Shown here: positions 60,031-64,000 of the stretch, one piece after another
Layout: each line of letters opens with the position of its first letter
Position numbering within the stretch: position 1 is the first letter of the stretch
Notes under the pieces: model-generated
The model's database searches: none
What the model was told of the DNA's origin: nothing
The model's input: the letters and a program-made list of their open reading frames with translations, nothing else
Source: Sminthopsis crassicaudata
Taxonomy: Eukaryota
NCBI RefSeq assembly: GCF_048593235.1
Contig: NC_133621.1
Coordinates: 65,773,148 to 65,837,147 of the forward strand
Direction of reading: 5' to 3'
DNA length: 64,000 bases
Position numbers and translations under genes: made by a program

Positions 60031-60544
60031 TTCCACTCTCAGTAGACAATAGTCTTTCTGGGCTTTCTTAATCAAATAGTAACATTTATTCCTGCTCCCT
60101 TTGTTTAGAGTTCCATATTGGATGCTTTGTGGACTGATAAGAGATGCAGAATATATAGTCCTGCCTTTTTTAGGGGCGTTGGACTCTTTATGTCTTACTT
60201 CTAGGGTTTAGAAAAATAGTTTAAACCGGTATATAATTATTTTCTAGGAAAGCAAATGTAGAGAGGTAGGATTGTGGTACAGAATTGTTATTTAATGTAG
60301 AACAGTGAGCTGAGGCGTATAATGCTAGTGGGGTGATTTGATTATATTAAAACTTTAAGAATGCCTCGTCACATTTTTGTCAAGCTTACTGACTCTTAAG
60401 TTCTAGGTAGAAAGAAAAAAAAAGTAAGGAAGGTAGATGGTAAAGGTCATGGATCTCCTCAATGAAAGATTCCCTTATGAAATAATTCTAATGACATCAA
60501 TCATTTTAGTGTCATATTGTACTTTATTCCTCCAGAGGCTAGTT

Positions 60545-60830
60545 ATTACATTGTTGGATAGCTTTATCCATTAAGAAAACTTTTGTTTGTGTTGAACCAA
60601 CATATTATTCTCTGCTACTTCCACCCTTTATTTCAGTTCTGTTCTCTTGAACAAGGCAGGGCCAATCTAATGCCTTTTCAATATTAGAGCACCTTAAATA
60701 TTTGATTTCAGTTATCATGTCTCTTCTTGGACTCTTCGCTGGGGCTAAACAATACTTATGTTTTCAACTATCCCATATGAATTATTGCCAGTCCCTTTTC
60801 CCTTCTTGACCAACATTTTCTGAATGATCT
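60545..60830 (-). mobile_element. L3/CR1 3' fragment
   Basis: TTGGATAGCTTTAT..ATTAAGAAAA...CTACTTCCACCC...TTAAATATTTGA...GGCTAAAC. Confidence 0.65.
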
Positions 60831-60974
60831 ATTAGGAAAATTTAGGTCAAGAAAAACAATAGGAAAAGAAAAAAAGGAATCTCTCTCCCAAAGAAAAGGA
60901 AGAGAAAAAAACTACTTATGATAATTGACTAGAATTGTATACTTAATCCTCTACCACTCACATCTTTGTTTTCC

Positions 60975-60995
60975 TTTTATTATTAAGCTTTTATT

Positions 60996-61045
<50 letters not shown>

Positions 61046-61240
61046 ACATAGATAATTTTCAACATTTACCCTTGTAAAACTTTGTTTTTTCCTTCTTTCC
61101 CCCTACTCTCTCCCCTAGATAGCAAGTAATCCTATATATGTTAAACATGTGTAATTCTTTTATACATATTTTCACAATCATCATGCTATACAAAAAAAAT
61201 TAGATCAAAAAGGAAAAATTGAGAAAGCAAAGTATAAGAT
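60975..61240 (-). mobile_element. L1 3' stub with an internal (TA)n expansion (about 60998-61042)
   Basis: AAGCTTTTATTTT...ATAATTTTCAACATTTACCCTTGTAAAAC...CCCCTAGATAGCAAGTAATCC. Confidence 0.85.
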
Positions 61241-61329
61241 CAAAGTATCAACATCTTGTACTTTGTTTTCTTTCTCAATTTTTCCTTTTTGATCTAATTG
61301 TTCTTGTATAGCATGATGATGCTATACAA
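61177..61329. repeat. long inverted repeat (palindrome) with a second fold-back
   Basis: Arms 61177-61240 and 61253-61320 are reverse complements (3 mismatches, one 4-nt indel, 12-nt loop). 61304-61314 also pairs with 61319-61329. Confidence 0.95.
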
Positions 61330-61744
61330 AATGCCTCCATGAAAATACTATCTAGGGCAAGCCATATGATAGGATTGATAAGGTTTGGGTTATTTTCGTT
61401 TAGTGGGGAGGGAGGGATCGAGGTTCTTTTAGGAGGGCAAAGTGGATCACTACTGTAAGTATGGGAAAATACTGTTATACCACTCATATCTTAAAGCAGG
61501 TGCTGTAATATTTTCATTTGCTGTTTTTTTTTTCTGTTTAAAAAGTTGATTTGGTGAATGAATTTGTAAATTAGTTTATAAGTTTCCAGGTCCTAGGAAA
61601 CCAACCACAGTTTGTTTCTTAAAAGATAAGAATAGTGTGCAAAAAAAGTACAGATTTTGAGAATTGTATTCATTTGGTTGACTTTTATTAAAAACCACTA
61701 TAAAATACTTTGCCACAGACATGTGTGCATGCATGTTTGTTTGT

Positions 61745-61980
61745 GTGTTAAGGTTTACAAAGCATAGTCCAAACATTTAATTTGATTCTTACAATGAATG
61801 ACTCCAGGAGATAGGCACTATTATTATCCCAGCAGAGGAGAAAACAGAGGCAAGCGTGTGTCCAGTGACTTATCCAGGGATACCCAGCTGGGCTAGCAGG
61901 TGTCTGAGGCCAAATTTTAGTTCAAGTCTTCCTGATTCCAGGTCCATGGAGCTCTAAATCACTGCACCACCTAATTGTGA
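61745..61980 (-). mobile_element. MIR-family CORE-SINE
   Basis: ATTATTATCCC...AGAGGCAA...GTGTCTGAGGCCAAAT...CTTCCTGATTCCAGG...CACTGCACCACCT. Confidence 0.75.
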
Positions 61981-62087
61981 CAATGAGTGTGCAATTAGGT
62001 GTTTGAATGATAGAAAAGAGGAGTTAGCCATTCTAGAAATTATCTTAGCCTTAAGTTCAAAAATAACTAAAATATTAATATTTTTAT

Positions 62088-62735
62088 TCAGGGATTCTAC
62101 TGCTAGACATATGCACCAGAAGGTTAAAAATAGAAAAGCTCCATATTCACTGGAATATCTATAGCAGCATTTTTTGTACTAGCAAAGCCTTGGGGAAAAA
62201 GTAGATGTTCATTGACTAGGAAATGGCTAAATAAGTTGCAGTATATGAATTTAATAAAATATTTCTGTGCCATGAGAAATAATTAGTATGATATAGAGAA
62301 GTATGGGAAGATTATCTAAATTTGTGCATATGAAATAACAGAACTAGGCAAACACCATATATGCTGAGAAGTGCAACAGTATAAATGGAAATAACATCAA
62401 CAAAAAACTTAGAACTGTATCTGTAATTATAATGATCAGGGTTAACCTTGGAGGAAAAAAAAGGGAAAGAATGCATTTTCTTCAGATTTTGCAGAGTGGA
62501 GGGAAGTGGGGGTGGGTGGGATGGTTATTAATGTTTTTTTTTTTAACTGCATATGCTGGCAGACTTGTAATGTGTTGGTTATTTTTATGCAATTGCTTCC
62601 CCTCCTATTTCCCCCTTTCTTTTTCTTTCTTTCTTTTGTTATAAGGAATGAGTCTCTGGCTACAGGATAGGGAAGGGATATATAGGGAGGAAGCAAACGA
62701 TATGAGAATTTCTTTTTTTTAAAAGAGGAATTAAG
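62088..62735 (+). mobile_element. old L1 3' fragment
   Basis: ATAGCAGCATTTTTTGTACTAGCAAAG...GGAAATGGCTAAATAAGTTG...GTATGGGAAGA, then the 3' UTR. Confidence 0.75.
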
Positions 62736-63239
62736 ACTGAGTTGAAATGCTAGGAAGGTAGAAGAGGGAAAGAGAAAGAAGAGGGACTGAGAGAAAAGAG
62801 CCCTTTCTGGATCAGAGGTGGCACCTGGAAGATTTAACGTGATTTTCATATAATTTCTTTTGCTTGATCTCCTGCCCCCTACATAGTTCTTTCTCACTCT
62901 GTGATATCCAGTGCCTTTGTACTCACTCGTTATGGGTCAGATGAAAACAAAGTTAAGCATTTCAGACAATCAAAGCATTCTGGACCCCATGCTTCTAAGG
63001 TCAAGTTATGACTTTTTATTAAAATCTGAAACTCCCCTACCCCCATCACTCCTAGTTTTGATTATATTCATGTCAGGTTCTATATGATTCAGCAGCTCAC
63101 TAGACCCAAGGTTATAATTGCCAGTCTTGCTCACCTGTGGTAGATAAGTCTTATTCTAATTTCATTAGATAGAAGTTTCCTAACACCAGAGTTTTGTTAT
63201 AATTGTTTCTACCTTTGTTTTATTTCATTCTCATTTCAA

Positions 63240-63600
63240 TCAAGCCAGTAAACATTAAGCATCTACTGTGTTTCAGGCACAGGGATAAAAAAGGCAAAAA
63301 ATAGTTCCTACCCTTGAGAAGTTCTCAATCTAACTTGGAAAGACAACACATTAAAAAAAAGTCAAAAGGGAGAGCAGAAGTGAGAGAGATCTGAAGCCAA
63401 GAGGAAAATGTAGACCCCTGGGAGGAGCCCTCCAATATCTACCCTCTTCAATCAGAAGTGAGGAGCCCAGGGTCAGGGATTATTGAGGAAGAGTGAGTTT
63501 CAGCTCTTGCAGAAAAATGATTTCTGGAGACAATGATGAAGTCTAACAGAGAAGCCAGGTAGGAAATGAAACAATCACCCTGAGCCCCTTCTTTCAGTGG
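63240..63600 (-). mobile_element. L2 3' fragment
   Basis: CATTAAGCATCTACTGTGTTTCAGGCAC...CTACCCTTGAG...GGAAGACAACAC. Confidence 0.65.
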
Positions 63601-64000
63601 AGAATCTGGAAGCAACTCTCTGCTTTTTATTTCTGGCATGTTGAAAATTGGAATACCAAACTGTATCCTATACTATTTCTTAATTCCAAGAGTGCCACAT
63701 GGCCCTGAAGAGGACCTAAAATACTTATAGATGAGTGTTTTACTTAATGCAAAATCTCTTAAGTTTTTATTTAAGCAAGATGGTCTGGACAAAGGTCTCA
63801 AACCTTTTTTCCTGTTAAGGATCATTTTTCCTGATCACTTTCAAGAAAGAGAGGTCAGGATTTGTTCTGGCTTATCTTCTTTCTCCTCCTGTTCCTTGGG
63901 AATCATGGTGAGGGTGAATGGAGCTTACCACCCATCAGTTTGGGGTCTCTCAAGAAAGGTCAATGGGGGATCTTGATCTATGGACTTGGGATTCTTTCCT

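Noticed and set aside
205-61980. tRNA-like A/B-box sequences
   Set aside because: All are heads of tRNA-derived CORE-SINEs, continuing into SINE core and LINE-derived tails rather than forming a cloverleaf.

Overview
Mammalian nuclear DNA, AT-rich and repeat-dense, from an Australian marsupial. The WSINE1-type, Mar1-type and WALLSI/RTE-derived SINEs and the L1 3' ends fit a dasyurid such as Tasmanian devil (recognised from memory, not from a database search). The one clear gene landmark is a CpG-island promoter at about 38.9-40.4 kb. It holds a + strand first exon ending at a canonical donor (CTCG|GTAAGT, 39534/39535), with a possible 16-nt coding start (ATG AAG GAG CCT CTC G, MKEPL). I could not identify the gene, and no second exon is recognisable, so the remaining ~24 kb is probably intron 1. 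A strong - strand donor at 39269/39268 suggests divergent or antisense transcription. The rest is intergenic or intronic sequence filled with MIR/MIR3, L2, L3/CR1, RTE, L1, one solo LTR, hAT-Charlie MITEs and microsatellites, plus seven N gaps. The supplied ORFs are repeat-derived, low-complexity, gap-spanning or GC-rich artefacts. There is no rRNA, tRNA, CRISPR array or prokaryotic-type system, and I found no convincing new biological system. The best leads are a near-perfect 144-bp L1-derived palindrome with a second fold-back (61177-61329), a possible decayed Gypsy/Ginger integrase relic (5692-5930), a candidate L1 3' transduction (7089-8021) and the two-ATG, bidirectional promoter architecture. 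Repeat family names and boundaries are approximate.
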